From a bacterium (GTDB taxonomy: Bacteria; Patescibacteriota; Minisyncoccia; UBA6257; UBA9933): a stretch of 64,000 nt of DNA. The position numbers were made by a program, and so were the translations under genes. The notes below the pieces were generated by a model, which saw only the letters and a program-made list of their open reading frames with translations, did no database searches and was not told the origin of the DNA. The first letter of the stretch is position 1. Each line of letters opens with the position of its first letter. Below are positions 38,578 to 49,175 of this stretch, piece after piece. The DNA lies in NCBI GenBank assembly GCA_021796335.1, contig JAJYHZ010000002.1, positions 192,998 to 256,997 on the forward strand, in the 5' to 3' direction.

Positions 38578-39627
38578 ATGAAAATTCTCGTTACAGGAGG
38601 CGCAGGATTTATTGGATCAAATTTTATTAGATACATCTTAAATAAATATAATGATGCACAAATTTTAAATTACGATGCGCTTACTTATTCTGGGAATTTA
38701 GAAAATTTAAAAGATATTAAAGAAAATGGAAGATATAAATTCGTTCAGGGAAATGTTGCAGATAAAAATTCCTTAGATGAAGTTTTTGCAGATTTTCAAC
38801 CAGATCTTGTTATTAATTTTGCAGCAGAAACCCATGTAGATAGAAGTATTCATGTTGGCGCAAAAGAATTTATTGATACAAATATTACAGGTGTTTTTAA
38901 TATTTTGGAAGCGGTCAAAAATGATTCGAATATTAAAAAATATGTTCAGGTTTCAACTGATGAAGTTTATGGGAGTTTGGATTTAGATTCAGAAAATGAG
39001 TTTTCAGAAGAAACTTCTTTTGCGCCAAACGTTCCTTATGCCGCAACTAAAGCAGGGGGAGATCTTTTGTGTAGGGCCTATAACCACACATTTGGAGTTC
39101 CTGTTGTTGTAACTCATTGCTCGAATAATTACGGGCCTTATCAATATCCAGAAAAACTAATTCCGTTTTTAATTTTGAGAATGTTAGAGGATAAAAAAAT
39201 TCCATTGTATGGAGATGGGGAAAATGTTAGGGATTGGATATATGTTTTAGATCATTGCAGTGCATTAGAATCTTGTTTATTTAATGGAAAATCTGGAGAA
39301 GTTTATAACATTGGAGGTGATAATGAATTGGCAAATGTTGAAATTGCAAAAAGAATTTTAAGATATTTTAACAGAGATGAATCATGGATTGAATATGTAA
39401 AAGACAGACCAGGACATGATCGAAGATATGCGATCGATTCTTCTAAAATACAGCAAGAATTGGGTTGGAAACCAAAATATAATTTTGAACAGGCTTTTGA
39501 TGAAACGGTCAAATGGTATTTGAATAATCCCGAATGGATCGATGGTGTTAGAAAAAAAACAGGCGTTTTTAATCCTCATATAGATTTATGGAAAGAACAT
39601 AAAAGTTTAGACGATAATAAAGTATGA
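38578..39627 (+). CDS. rfbB: dTDP-glucose 4,6-dehydratase
   Basis: MKILVTGGAGFIGSNF, catalytic YxxxK (YAATKAG), RmlB-specific DALTYSGNLENL. Confidence 0.9.
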   Translation: MKILVTGGAGFIGSNFIRYILNKYNDAQILNYDALTYSGNLENLKDIKENGRYKFVQGNVADKNSLDEVFADFQPDLVINFAAETHVDRSIHVGAKEFIDTNITGVFNILEAVKNDSNIKKYVQVSTDEVYGSLDLDSENEFSEETSFAPNVPYAATKAGGDLLCRAYNHTFGVPVVVTHCSNNYGPYQYPEKLIPFLILRMLEDKKIPLYGDGENVRDWIYVLDHCSALESCLFNGKSGEVYNIGGDNELANVEIAKRILRYFNRDESWIEYVKDRPGHDRRYAIDSSKIQQELGWKPKYNFEQAFDETVKWYLNNPEWIDGVRKKTGVFNPHIDLWKEHKSLDDNKV

Positions 39628-40334
39628 AGGGTATTATTTTGGCGGGAGGAAATGGAACACGTTTAAGGCCATTGACTCTTATAACAAATAAGCATCTTTT
39701 GCCGGTTTATAATAAGCCGATGATTTTATATCCCTTAGAAACTTTAAGAAAATCGGGCATTGATGAAATTATGATAGTTTGCGGGAAAGAACATGCCGGA
39801 CATTTTATGAATTTTCTGAGTTCTGGGGAAAATTATGGAGTAAAATTATCTTATGCACTTCAGCATGATGCTGGGGGAATAGCTGAGGCATTGGGATTAG
39901 CAGAGGATTTTGCTGATAATGGTAAAATTGCAGTTATACTGGGGGACAATATTTTTGAAGATGATTTTTCGAATAATATTAAATCTTTTAGGAAACAAAA
40001 TGGAGCAAAGGTTTTTATAAAAAAAGTTACTGATCCGACTAGGTTTGGTATTGCAGTAATAAAAGAAGGGAAAATAATCAGTATTGAAGAGAAGCCTAAA
40101 AATCCTAAATCGAATTTTGCAACAGTCGGGTTTTATCTTTACGATTCCGATGTTTTTAAAAAAATTAAAAATCTAAAACCATCCAAAAGAGGGGAATTGG
40201 AAATAACGGATGTCCATAATATGTACATAAAAGAAAATAATTTATCCTATGGTGTTGTTAAGGGATTTTGGTCAGATGCCGGCACATTTGAATCTTTATT
40301 TAAGACCTCTAAGTGGGCACTATCTAGAAAATAA
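39624..40334 (+). CDS. rfbA: glucose-1-phosphate thymidylyltransferase (short form)
   Basis: MKGIILAGGNGTRLRPLT nucleotidyltransferase motif; position within rml operon; 236 aa lacks sedimentation/allosteric C-terminus. Confidence 0.75.
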   Translation: MKGIILAGGNGTRLRPLTLITNKHLLPVYNKPMILYPLETLRKSGIDEIMIVCGKEHAGHFMNFLSSGENYGVKLSYALQHDAGGIAEALGLAEDFADNGKIAVILGDNIFEDDFSNNIKSFRKQNGAKVFIKKVTDPTRFGIAVIKEGKIISIEEKPKNPKSNFATVGFYLYDSDVFKKIKNLKPSKRGELEITDVHNMYIKENNLSYGVVKGFWSDAGTFESLFKTSKWALSRK

Positions 40335-40886
40335 ATGGCAGCTAATTTTATACAAACAAATTTTAGAGAATCTTTTATTATTGAACCCAAAGCTTTTGAA
40401 GACCATAGGGGTTATTTTATGGAGTCTTATAATATTAAAGATTTTCAAAACAAAGGGATTACTGATAAATTTATTCAGGAGAATTTTTCTTTTTCCCAGA
40501 AAAACGTTTTGAGGGGAATGCACTTCCAAAAATCACCTCATGAAACAAGCAAATTTATTCGTTGTGTGGAAGGGGAAATTTACAATGTTATGATAGATAT
40601 TCGCAAAAACTCGTCGACTTTTGGTAACTGGCAAGGGTTTTTCTTATCCAAAGAAAACAGAAAGATGCTTTACGTGCCTAAAGGATTTGCCAATGGATTT
40701 TGTGCCATAAGCAATGGAGCGGGAGTTGCTTATATGGTGGATGAGTTATATTATCCTGATTTTGCTGGAATTATTAGATGGGATGATCCTGATATTGGTA
40801 TTTCTTGGCCAGTCAAAAATCCAGTTCTTTCTGAACAAGACAAAAACGCTCCATTTTTAAAGGAAATTATTGATTTTCTAGGGTAA
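40335..40886 (+). CDS. rfbC: dTDP-4-dehydrorhamnose 3,5-epimerase
   Basis: FIIEPKAFEDHRGYFMESYN ... LRGMHFQ ... cupin fold motifs of RmlC. Confidence 0.85.
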   Translation: MAANFIQTNFRESFIIEPKAFEDHRGYFMESYNIKDFQNKGITDKFIQENFSFSQKNVLRGMHFQKSPHETSKFIRCVEGEIYNVMIDIRKNSSTFGNWQGFFLSKENRKMLYVPKGFANGFCAISNGAGVAYMVDELYYPDFAGIIRWDDPDIGISWPVKNPVLSEQDKNAPFLKEIIDFLG

Positions 40887-40903
40887 GTTGCTTATTCTAA
40901 AAT

Positions 40904-41731
40904 ATGGATTTTTCAAAAACCTTAATTACTGGTGGCGATGGGATGGTCGGCAGCTATGTCGATTTTGGTGTTAAAACAAATAAAAGATCTCTAGATATAA
41001 CAGATTTAAAAGAAGTCTTACTTGTGGTAAATAAATATAAACCTAAAGCCATATTACATTTAGCGGCAGAGACCGATGTTGATCGCTGTGAGCGTGATCC
41101 ACAATTTGCTTATTTTATAAATTCAATCGGAACTTATAATATTGCTTTAGCTGCCAAGCAGATTGGGGCAAAACTGGTTTATGTATCTACAAATGCTATC
41201 TTTGATGGAAAGAAAAAAACTCCTTACCAAGAAAATGATGCACCCAATCCGCAAAATTATTATGGTCATTCTAAATTTTTGGGAGAAGCAGCAATAAAAG
41301 AATTATTAGAGGACTACCTCATTGTTAGAGCTTCTTGGATGTTTGGTGGAGGGCCAGCAAAAGATCAAAAGTTTGTTGCAAAAATTATCAATCAAATAAA
41401 AAATCCAGAAATTAAAGAAATTAAAGCAGTCACAGATCAAATAGGTGCCCCTACTTCTGGGAAAGATTTGGTAAAAGGAATAAAATTTCTTTTAGAAAAA
41501 GATGAGAAAGGAATTTTTAATTTGCCAAATTCTGGAATAGCTTCAAGGTATGATGTCGCTAAATTTATAATAAATACATTAAGACCAGAAGTTAATGTGA
41601 TTCCCGTGGATTCTTCTTATTTTAATTTAGATGCTAAGAGAATTGGGAATGACGGTTTAATATCAAAAATTAATATAATGCGTTCATGGCAGGATGCTAT
41701 GGCAGAATATTTAAAAGAAGAATGGATTTAA
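40904..41731 (+). CDS. rfbD: dTDP-4-dehydrorhamnose reductase
   Basis: short-chain reductase GGDGMVGS, ILHLAAETDVDRCERDP, STNAIFDG RmlD motifs. Confidence 0.8.
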   Translation: MDFSKTLITGGDGMVGSYVDFGVKTNKRSLDITDLKEVLLVVNKYKPKAILHLAAETDVDRCERDPQFAYFINSIGTYNIALAAKQIGAKLVYVSTNAIFDGKKKTPYQENDAPNPQNYYGHSKFLGEAAIKELLEDYLIVRASWMFGGGPAKDQKFVAKIINQIKNPEIKEIKAVTDQIGAPTSGKDLVKGIKFLLEKDEKGIFNLPNSGIASRYDVAKFIINTLRPEVNVIPVDSSYFNLDAKRIGNDGLISKINIMRSWQDAMAEYLKEEWI

Positions 41732-41748
41732 AATAATTAATCAAAGCT

Positions 41749-42981
41749 ATGAAAGAAGAATTTGTTCATAATAATAAATGTAAAAGTTGCGATGGTGTTA
41801 ATTTAGTGAAGTTTTTGGATTTGGGATCTATGCCTCCAGCCAATGCTTTTTTACCTAAAGATGAACTGAATAATGCCGAAGATAAATTTCCTTTGGCTGT
41901 TTATTTTTGTCAGGATTGTGCCATGGTCCAACTTTTGGATGTTGTTGACCAAGATATTCTTTTTGGCCGCTATAACTATTTAACATCAGCTAGTAAACCA
42001 TTGGTGGATCATTTTATCCAAATGGGGAATGAATTAGTAAATAAATTCATTAAATCCAGAGATGATTTAGTGGTTGAGATTGGAGGAAATGATGGGGTAT
42101 TAGTTGGTGCTATTAAAGATAAATGCAGAGTTTTAAATGTGGAACCTGCAAGCAATATTGCGGAAATTTCTAGAGAAAAGGGGATAGAGACCATTAATAA
42201 ATTTTTCAATAAAGATTTAGTGGAGGAAATTTTGAAGAAATATGGCAATGCTAAAGTTATTGTCGCCAATAATGTTATGGCTCATATAGATGATTTAAAG
42301 AGCGTATTTGAAGGCATAAAAATTTTAATTGGAGGGGATGGGGTTTTTGTGTTTGAAGTTCACTGGGTTGGTAATTTGTTGGGCGAAGGCGGATTTGATC
42401 AAATTTATCATGAGCATCTTTATTACCACTCTTTAATTTCTTTGAGGAATTTTGTAAAGCAATTTGGTTTGAATATTTTTGATATTGAAACGGTCCCTAT
42501 ACATGGCGAATCAATGCGAGTTTATGTAAGTAAAAATATGCCAATAAGTGAAAATGTTGAAAAATTTTTAACAAAGGAAAAACAACTCGGACTTGATAGA
42601 GCGGAAACATTTTTAAATTTTTCAAAAAAAGTTGAAGATAATAAAATAAGATTAAAATCGATTCTTAACGAATTAAAAAAAGAAAATAAAAAAATAATTG
42701 GCTATGGTGCGCCCGCAAAAGGCAATACATTACTTAATTATTTTGAAATAGACAGCACTATTTTAGGTTACATAATTGATACAACGCCTCTAAAACAAGG
42801 AATGTACACGCCTGGAACACATATTATCGTGAGTTCGCCAGATAGAATAAAAGAAGAATTACCGGATTACATTTTGCTTTTAGCTTGGAATTATGCAGAT
42901 GCTATTTTAAATAAAGAAAAAGAATTGCGAGAAAGAGGCGTGAAATTTATTATCCCCGTGCCTGAAGCAAAAATTGTGTAA
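41749..42981 (+). CDS. NDP-hexose C-methyltransferase-like (TylC3/Methyltransf_13+14 architecture) with N-terminal zinc ribbon
   Basis: CKSCDG...CQDCAM zinc-ribbon, class I MTase motif VVEIGGNDG, C-terminal domain typical of sugar C-methyltransferases; 410 aa. Confidence 0.55.
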   Translation: MKEEFVHNNKCKSCDGVNLVKFLDLGSMPPANAFLPKDELNNAEDKFPLAVYFCQDCAMVQLLDVVDQDILFGRYNYLTSASKPLVDHFIQMGNELVNKFIKSRDDLVVEIGGNDGVLVGAIKDKCRVLNVEPASNIAEISREKGIETINKFFNKDLVEEILKKYGNAKVIVANNVMAHIDDLKSVFEGIKILIGGDGVFVFEVHWVGNLLGEGGFDQIYHEHLYYHSLISLRNFVKQFGLNIFDIETVPIHGESMRVYVSKNMPISENVEKFLTKEKQLGLDRAETFLNFSKKVEDNKIRLKSILNELKKENKKIIGYGAPAKGNTLLNYFEIDSTILGYIIDTTPLKQGMYTPGTHIIVSSPDRIKEELPDYILLLAWNYADAILNKEKELRERGVKFIIPVPEAKIV

Positions 42982-43026
42982 TTTTTATCTATTGCTTCAA
43001 GCAAGATTTCTTTAACTATCATAATT

Positions 43027-43977
43027 ATGAAGAGTATTTGTAATATTTGTAAACATGACGATGCAAGGCTAATTTTTTATACAAAGGATAATCGTTATAA
43101 TCCAAAAAATAATAAAAAATTTCGTCTTATACAATGTCTTAACTGTGGGTTGGTTTATATAAATCCTTTACCGGATGATTCCGCTATTAAAGATTCTTAT
43201 GGATTTAATTATTTTAAATTAAAGGATGGATCTAAACCAAAAGGAAGAATAATTCAGATTTTAAAATTCATTAAAAAAAAATTCTCTCTAAACATTTATC
43301 CTACCTACAAATTTTATAGACTTAAAAATAAATTTTTCAGTAATAATTCCGGGAAATTTCTTGATGTCGGATGTGCTACGGGATTATTAGATGAATTTCT
43401 AATAAAAGAATTTCCTAGGTGGAAATTTTTCGGAATTGAGCCTAGTGAGGGAGCTTTTAAAAGAGCTTCACGAGTGAATGAATTTAAAGTTTTTAAAGGT
43501 GCTTTAGAAGACGCGAAATATCCATCCGATTATTTCGATATTATTTTAATAAATCAAGTTTTAGAACATGTTTATGATCCTGCCTCAGTAATAAATAAAT
43601 GTTCTCACATTTTAAAGTCGACCGGGAAATTAATTATTGCTGTCCCAGATTTTAATTCTTTCAGCTCTAAAATCTTTGGTAAATATTGGTATCATCTCGA
43701 TGTTCCCAGGCATTTATATCACTTTAATATAAAATCGTTAGAACTGATCCTTGAAAGGAATGGATTTCTTATTCAGAAGAAAGAGAAAGAATCTTTACCC
43801 GGATCTTTTGTAAAAAGCATTTTTCTTTTATTCGGTTCAAACCCTGATTCATTAGATAGTTCGTATGCATGGGTTGCAGTTAAAATTTTATTTAACCCTA
43901 TTTTAAATTTTTTGAATATCTTATTTGAAAAATTTGGTATTTCCAATGGAATTTTTATTATTGCAATAAAGAATTAA
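43027..43977 (+). CDS. class I SAM-dependent methyltransferase with N-terminal Cys4 zinc ribbon
   Basis: CNICKHD...CLNCGLVY, motif I FLDVGCATG, Methyltransf_11/23-like. Confidence 0.6.
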   Translation: MKSICNICKHDDARLIFYTKDNRYNPKNNKKFRLIQCLNCGLVYINPLPDDSAIKDSYGFNYFKLKDGSKPKGRIIQILKFIKKKFSLNIYPTYKFYRLKNKFFSNNSGKFLDVGCATGLLDEFLIKEFPRWKFFGIEPSEGAFKRASRVNEFKVFKGALEDAKYPSDYFDIILINQVLEHVYDPASVINKCSHILKSTGKLIIAVPDFNSFSSKIFGKYWYHLDVPRHLYHFNIKSLELILERNGFLIQKKEKESLPGSFVKSIFLLFGSNPDSLDSSYAWVAVKILFNPILNFLNILFEKFGISNGIFIIAIKN

Positions 43978-43979
43978 TT

Positions 43980-44915
43980 ATGCCTAAAGTTTTTATTCTG
44001 ATTTTACATTGGCAAAAATATGATATTACGAGGGAATGTCTAGAATCATTTAAAAAATTAGATTATCCAAATTATAAGATTGTGGTTTTAGACAATGCAT
44101 CATCTAATGATTCGGCGCGCAGATTAGAACAAGAATTTCCACAGAACTTATTTATTTTCAATAAAGAAAACAAAGGCTATGGGGCGGGTATGAATCCAGG
44201 AATAAAATATGCTTTGGATAACGGTGCAGATTATATTTTTCTTTTAAATAACGATGTCATTGTTAGCAAAAATGATTTTTTAGTTAGACTGATTAACTTG
44301 ATGGAAAGTAATAAAAAGGTCGGTATTGCTGGCCCTAAATTATTATTTAGAGATATGACATATCAAAGATCTTATAGAAATTATTTCTTTTCCATAGCTC
44401 TTGGATTCTGGGCACCTGAAAAAGTGTTTATTTTTTTTAGAAAGATATTTGGCATACTTCCAAAAGACAATATTACTCACAAAGTTGATTGGCTAAATGC
44501 TGTTGCTTTGTTATTTAAAAGAGAAGTGTTTGAAAAAATTGGTTTGATGGATGAAAGATTTTTTTTGGGCGCTGAAGATGTCGATTTATCATTAAGCGCT
44601 AAAAATAAAGGATGGGAGACTTGGTATTGTGCTGAGTCAGAGTTAGTGCACTTAAGTTTTGTCAGTCACGACAATGAAGGCGGTGCCGGATATGATAAAT
44701 ATTGGATAGAGAGTACAATATTATTTTTAGAAAAACATTACTCTAAGATTACAGTTTTCGTAATAAGATTTTTAATTGTTTTAGGTTTATTTTTGAGAGG
44801 GCTGCAGTGGTCAATTCTTGGATTATTTAATCAATCTTATTTTTTAAGAGCAAAAAATTTTTTTAGAATAAGCTACTTTTCATTGATTATTAGACCTAGA
44901 TTTGCCAATAAATGA
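43980..44915 (+). CDS. family 2 glycosyltransferase
   Basis: VVLDNASSNDS, DYIFLLNNDV (DxD) GT-A motifs. Confidence 0.7.
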   Translation: MPKVFILILHWQKYDITRECLESFKKLDYPNYKIVVLDNASSNDSARRLEQEFPQNLFIFNKENKGYGAGMNPGIKYALDNGADYIFLLNNDVIVSKNDFLVRLINLMESNKKVGIAGPKLLFRDMTYQRSYRNYFFSIALGFWAPEKVFIFFRKIFGILPKDNITHKVDWLNAVALLFKREVFEKIGLMDERFFLGAEDVDLSLSAKNKGWETWYCAESELVHLSFVSHDNEGGAGYDKYWIESTILFLEKHYSKITVFVIRFLIVLGLFLRGLQWSILGLFNQSYFLRAKNFFRISYFSLIIRPRFANK

Positions 44916-45814
44916 TTATGAATCCTTTAGTATCTATATTGGTTTTAAATTGGAATAATTTTGATGACACTAATAATTGTGTGACTTCATTATTATCACT
45001 AAATTATAACAATTTTAATATTTTAATTATTGATAATGGTTCTACCGACAATTCTTTTATAAGACTAAAAAATAAATTCCGCGATGAGAGAATCATTTTT
45101 TTAAAAAATAAAGAAAATTTTGGTTATGCTGGAGGTATAAATATAGGCATAAAGTATGTTTTTGAAAAATTATCTTCCGATTTCATTTGGATTCTAAATA
45201 ACGATATTATGGTTGATAAAGATTCTTTAAAATTTTTAATCGATGCTGTAAATAAAAATAAGAAAATTGGTATTGCTGGTCCAACGATTTATTTGGCTGG
45301 AACTAAAAAAATAATGGAACAATATTATCGTTTAAATTTACTTTTTGGACGTTTTTTGGTTAAAACCAATCTTAATGAGAATGAAGTAGTTAAAATAGAA
45401 AATAAAAAAAATAATTACATAGGAGGAGCCGCTGTTTTTTTACGAAAGGAAATTCTAAATAAAATTGGCTATATTCCCGAAGAATATTTTATGTATAATG
45501 AGGATATAGCATGGCATCAAAAAATAAAAAATACTCAATTAGAATATTTATATGTTGGTCCAGCAAAGGTATGGCATAAAAAAGGCGCTTCTAGCGGTGG
45601 GAAAAAAACTATAATGCCTGATTATTATGACTCCAGAAATTTTCTTTATTTTATAAAAAAATTTTATCCGCTTTGGTTGCCTTATGAATTTTTTATGTCA
45701 ATTATTAATAAGGTCTTTCCCAAAGTGTTAAGAGGAGAATGGGAAAGACTCAGATATGTTTTTATGGGATTTAGAGACTTTGCAAAAGGTAAAATGGGAA
45801 AATTCGAAAATTAA
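44912..45814 (+). CDS. family 2 glycosyltransferase
   Basis: ILIIDNGSTDNS, FIWILNNDIMVD GT-A motifs. Confidence 0.7.
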   Translation: MIMNPLVSILVLNWNNFDDTNNCVTSLLSLNYNNFNILIIDNGSTDNSFIRLKNKFRDERIIFLKNKENFGYAGGINIGIKYVFEKLSSDFIWILNNDIMVDKDSLKFLIDAVNKNKKIGIAGPTIYLAGTKKIMEQYYRLNLLFGRFLVKTNLNENEVVKIENKKNNYIGGAAVFLRKEILNKIGYIPEEYFMYNEDIAWHQKIKNTQLEYLYVGPAKVWHKKGASSGGKKTIMPDYYDSRNFLYFIKKFYPLWLPYEFFMSIINKVFPKVLRGEWERLRYVFMGFRDFAKGKMGKFEN

Positions 45815-45816
45815 CT

Positions 45817-46614
45817 ATGCCAAAGGTTTCGATAATAACCCCCTTTTATAAAGGAGAAAAATATATTGGTAGGGCTATTGAAAGTATTTTAAATCAAAAT
45901 TATAAAGATTTTGAATATCTTATCGTTGATGATGGGTCAAAAACTAATTTTAATAATTATCTAACTAATAAATATGGAGGCAAAATTATTTATATAGAAA
46001 AAAGCAATGGTGGTCAGGCTTCGGCAGTAAATGTTGGGATAAAAAAAGCAAGGGGGGAATTTATTGCTTTCTGTGATCAAGATGATTGGTATTTGGATGA
46101 TAAATTATTAAAACAAGTCAATTTTTTAAAAAGCCATCCCGAAATTGCTATGGTTTATTCTGATGTCTTAATGGGAGATGAGAATGGTAAAATACTTGAT
46201 AAAACATGGATGCAATCTAGAAAAGTACGATTTTGCAGTGGAGGTTATGCCGATTGTGCGGCCAAATTATTTAAAAGGAATTTTATTCCCGCACCTTTGG
46301 CAGTTATGATTAGGAAATCTATTTTTGATCAAATAGGTTTATTTAATGAAAAATTTTCTAGCGCTTATGATTATGATTTTTGGTTTAGAATTCTAGAAGC
46401 CGGAATGCGTATTGGGAATATGGAAAATAAGTCAGCTGTTTGGAGAACTCATAGCGGCCAAGAAAGCAGGAATATAAAAAAGGCTAAAATAATGCAAATT
46501 GGAATTTTAAGAAGTTTTTTAAAGAGAAATCCAAAATTTGTATTAAACCACCCATTTTTAACTGCCTATAAAATCGTAAAATCATATATCGCTTTAATAT
46601 TCAGTTTGATATGA
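45817..46614 (+). CDS. family 2 glycosyltransferase
   Basis: VSIITPFYKGEKYIGRAIESILNQ, LIVDDGS, FCDQDD. Confidence 0.7.
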   Translation: MPKVSIITPFYKGEKYIGRAIESILNQNYKDFEYLIVDDGSKTNFNNYLTNKYGGKIIYIEKSNGGQASAVNVGIKKARGEFIAFCDQDDWYLDDKLLKQVNFLKSHPEIAMVYSDVLMGDENGKILDKTWMQSRKVRFCSGGYADCAAKLFKRNFIPAPLAVMIRKSIFDQIGLFNEKFSSAYDYDFWFRILEAGMRIGNMENKSAVWRTHSGQESRNIKKAKIMQIGILRSFLKRNPKFVLNHPFLTAYKIVKSYIALIFSLI

Positions 46615-46686
46615 ATCTATGTTTAAAAAAAAGTATATAAATTTAATAAGGAAATTTGTTGGCAATATAGAAAGAGAAAGAGTGGG

Positions 46687-47832
46687 GTGGCAGAAAAATT
46701 TATTTTAATAAATATGAGGATAGGAATTAATTTAATTCAATATAGGGGATTACATGGTATTGAGGCTTTTGCTCGAGAAATTATCGAAAAATTGATTTTA
46801 TTGGATAAAGATGATGAATTCATCCTTTTTACGAATCAAAATTCTTCAGTTATTTTTAAATTTAGTGGTTCAAATGTAAAAATAATTGAAGAAAAATTTA
46901 AAAATTTTTCTAGATTTAATTTAATTTTATATCAACAAATCTTGTTGCCTCGGATACTAAAAAGAGAAAAAATTGATTTGCTTTATTGCCCATCTGTAGC
47001 TATGCCAATTTTTTATAAAAATAAAATTGTTACTATCCATGATTGTGCAGCTTTTAAATTCAAGAACGAGGTGGGGTTCTCATCAAGAATTTATCTTAAA
47101 ATGGCATTTTGGTCCGCTAAAAATTTTAGTAAAAAAATTGTAACAATTTCCGAATTTTCAAAAAATGAGTTGATAAATGATTATAAAGTTAATCCAGATT
47201 TAATTAGTGTTATCTCTGAAGGAGTTGCGCGAATTCCAGACGTTTCTCTGGATTTTATTGAAAAAACAAAAGAAAAATTTAAAATAGAAAATCCATATTT
47301 TTTTTATTTAGGAAACATTCATTATCGAAAAAATTTAATTGGTTTGTTGGAATCTTTTAAAAAATTTAAAGAAAATCATAACGAATTTTATTTGGTTTTT
47401 GGAGGAAGGATAAATAGTTGTTTTATTAATATTCGGGAAGAAGCGAAGAGATTAAATATTAGTAATAGTTTAATTCAGACGGGGTTTATTTCAGATGAAG
47501 AAAAAGTGGCATTATATAAAGGTGCAATCGCCCATGTCTTTCCTTCTTTTTATGAGGGATTTGGACTTTCTATTTTGGAGGCACAGTCTTTGGGTGTCCC
47601 GGTTTTGACTTCAAACATAACTTCAATGCCGGAAGTGGCTGGGAAAGGGGCCTTATTTGTTAACCCTTATAGTATAGAGGAAATTGCAAGTGGTTTGGAA
47701 GAAATCGTTTTTAATAAAGAATTGAGAAAAAAAATAATAAATAGAGGATTTGAAAATGTAAAAAGATTTTCTTGGGAATTTACTGCAAGGAAAATGATTA
47801 ACATTTTTGAAATTTTTAATAATTACGAATGA
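46687..47832 (+). CDS. family 4 (GT-B) glycosyltransferase
   Basis: C-terminal EGFGLSILEAQSLGVPVLTSN motif. Confidence 0.75.
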   Translation: MAEKFILINMRIGINLIQYRGLHGIEAFAREIIEKLILLDKDDEFILFTNQNSSVIFKFSGSNVKIIEEKFKNFSRFNLILYQQILLPRILKREKIDLLYCPSVAMPIFYKNKIVTIHDCAAFKFKNEVGFSSRIYLKMAFWSAKNFSKKIVTISEFSKNELINDYKVNPDLISVISEGVARIPDVSLDFIEKTKEKFKIENPYFFYLGNIHYRKNLIGLLESFKKFKENHNEFYLVFGGRINSCFINIREEAKRLNISNSLIQTGFISDEEKVALYKGAIAHVFPSFYEGFGLSILEAQSLGVPVLTSNITSMPEVAGKGALFVNPYSIEEIASGLEEIVFNKELRKKIINRGFENVKRFSWEFTARKMINIFEIFNNYE

Positions 47833-47867
47833 ATTCGATAGTTTAATTTCGTTTCAAATAAAAATAA

Positions 47868-49088
47868 ATGTCAATGCTTAAAAAATATAAAAAATTATTT
47901 CAAAAGTTTTTGGGGAATATTTATAGAAAAAGTTTGGAATGGCAACGTAATCTAATTAAGGCATTGAAGTTTTTTTATTTATTGGCAATGTTTCCGATTG
48001 AAATAGTCGGGGATATTTTATTTTTAGGGAAAAGGTTTAAAAAAGGGAAGATACATAATCCTAAGAGAATTTTAATCGTAAAAATCGACCAGTTTGGGGA
48101 TGTTCTTTTTTCGACCTTTATGTTGCCCTTGATTAAAGAAAAATATCCGGAGGCGCAAATAGATTACCTTATAAATCCGAAAACGGAATTTGTCATTAAA
48201 AATAATCCCCATATTTCCAATATTTATTATTGGGAAGATCCATTTTTGCATTTTCTTTTGGGCAGAGAAAAAAGCAATAAGCCGCCGATTTGGAAAATTT
48301 TAAAAAGGGATTTTGATTTGGTTAAAACAATAAGAAAAGAAAATTACGATGCGGTTATAAATACACGCGCTTATTCCCCCAGCACGAATATTTTTTGGAA
48401 ATTATTAAGGCCGAAAAATTTAATCGCTTTTGACATTGCGGAACAAAGCTTTTTGGCGGATTTTTGGGTTGATTACGATTTATATGACGAAGAATGGAGG
48501 AATTATTTAAATCTGTTGTTGCCTTTGGGAATAAATAAAAGTAAGGCAGAATTTAAACCGGGATTCTTTAATTTTAATGAAAAAGAATTTATGGAAAAAC
48601 TTCCCGGGTTAAATAAAAAATTTATTGTGATTTCGCCAGTTTCTTTTGACAAAGAAAGGAATTGGCCAGTGGAAAGATGGAAAGAGGTTATTGATTTTTT
48701 AACAGAAAGAAATTATCAAGTGGTTTTAACGGGGCTTAAATCGCAGGAAAATTATCTTTTAAGTATTTCTGCGGCAGTTGCTTCGCCAAATCTATTTATC
48801 ATTTCAGATATTTCAATTCCGGGATTGGGCAGTGTTTTTAACAATGCCGAATTTTTTATTGGAATTGATTCTTTTCCAGCTCATTTAGCCTTGGCTCTAA
48901 ATAAACCAATAATTTGTTTTGTTAACGAGCAAATTTATTTTCTAAAGAACTTTTCTCAAAAGAAATTTTATATGGACGCGAGGTGTATGATCCCTTTAGT
49001 TGATAAGGTAAAAATTGTTCCAACAACAAATAGCACAAGCGAATATGTTATTTCGTTGGCAGAGGAGTTGATTGGCGGGGAGATGTAA
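47868..49088 (+). CDS. family 9 glycosyltransferase (heptosyltransferase-like)
   Basis: ILIVKIDQFGDVLFSTFMLPLIKEKYPEAQIDYL N-terminus and C-terminal GIDSFPAHLA motif typical of GT9. Confidence 0.6.
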   Translation: MSMLKKYKKLFQKFLGNIYRKSLEWQRNLIKALKFFYLLAMFPIEIVGDILFLGKRFKKGKIHNPKRILIVKIDQFGDVLFSTFMLPLIKEKYPEAQIDYLINPKTEFVIKNNPHISNIYYWEDPFLHFLLGREKSNKPPIWKILKRDFDLVKTIRKENYDAVINTRAYSPSTNIFWKLLRPKNLIAFDIAEQSFLADFWVDYDLYDEEWRNYLNLLLPLGINKSKAEFKPGFFNFNEKEFMEKLPGLNKKFIVISPVSFDKERNWPVERWKEVIDFLTERNYQVVLTGLKSQENYLLSISAAVASPNLFIISDISIPGLGSVFNNAEFFIGIDSFPAHLALALNKPIICFVNEQIYFLKNFSQKKFYMDARCMIPLVDKVKIVPTTNSTSEYVISLAEELIGGEM

Positions 49089-49095
49089 AGGAAAC

Positions 49096-49158
49096 AGATT
49101 CTTCGTCCGCCGGCTGGGCGGATTCAGGATGACAAGGAGGCGGATCAGGATAACAGAA
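49096..49158. repeat. MITE-like repeat fragments copy 3 (tandem ggcggattcaggatgac / ggcggatcaggataac)
   Basis: shares ggcgga(t)caggatgac core with copies 1, 2, 4. Confidence 0.55.
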
Positions 49159-49175
49159 ACTAATAGCGAATGGCG

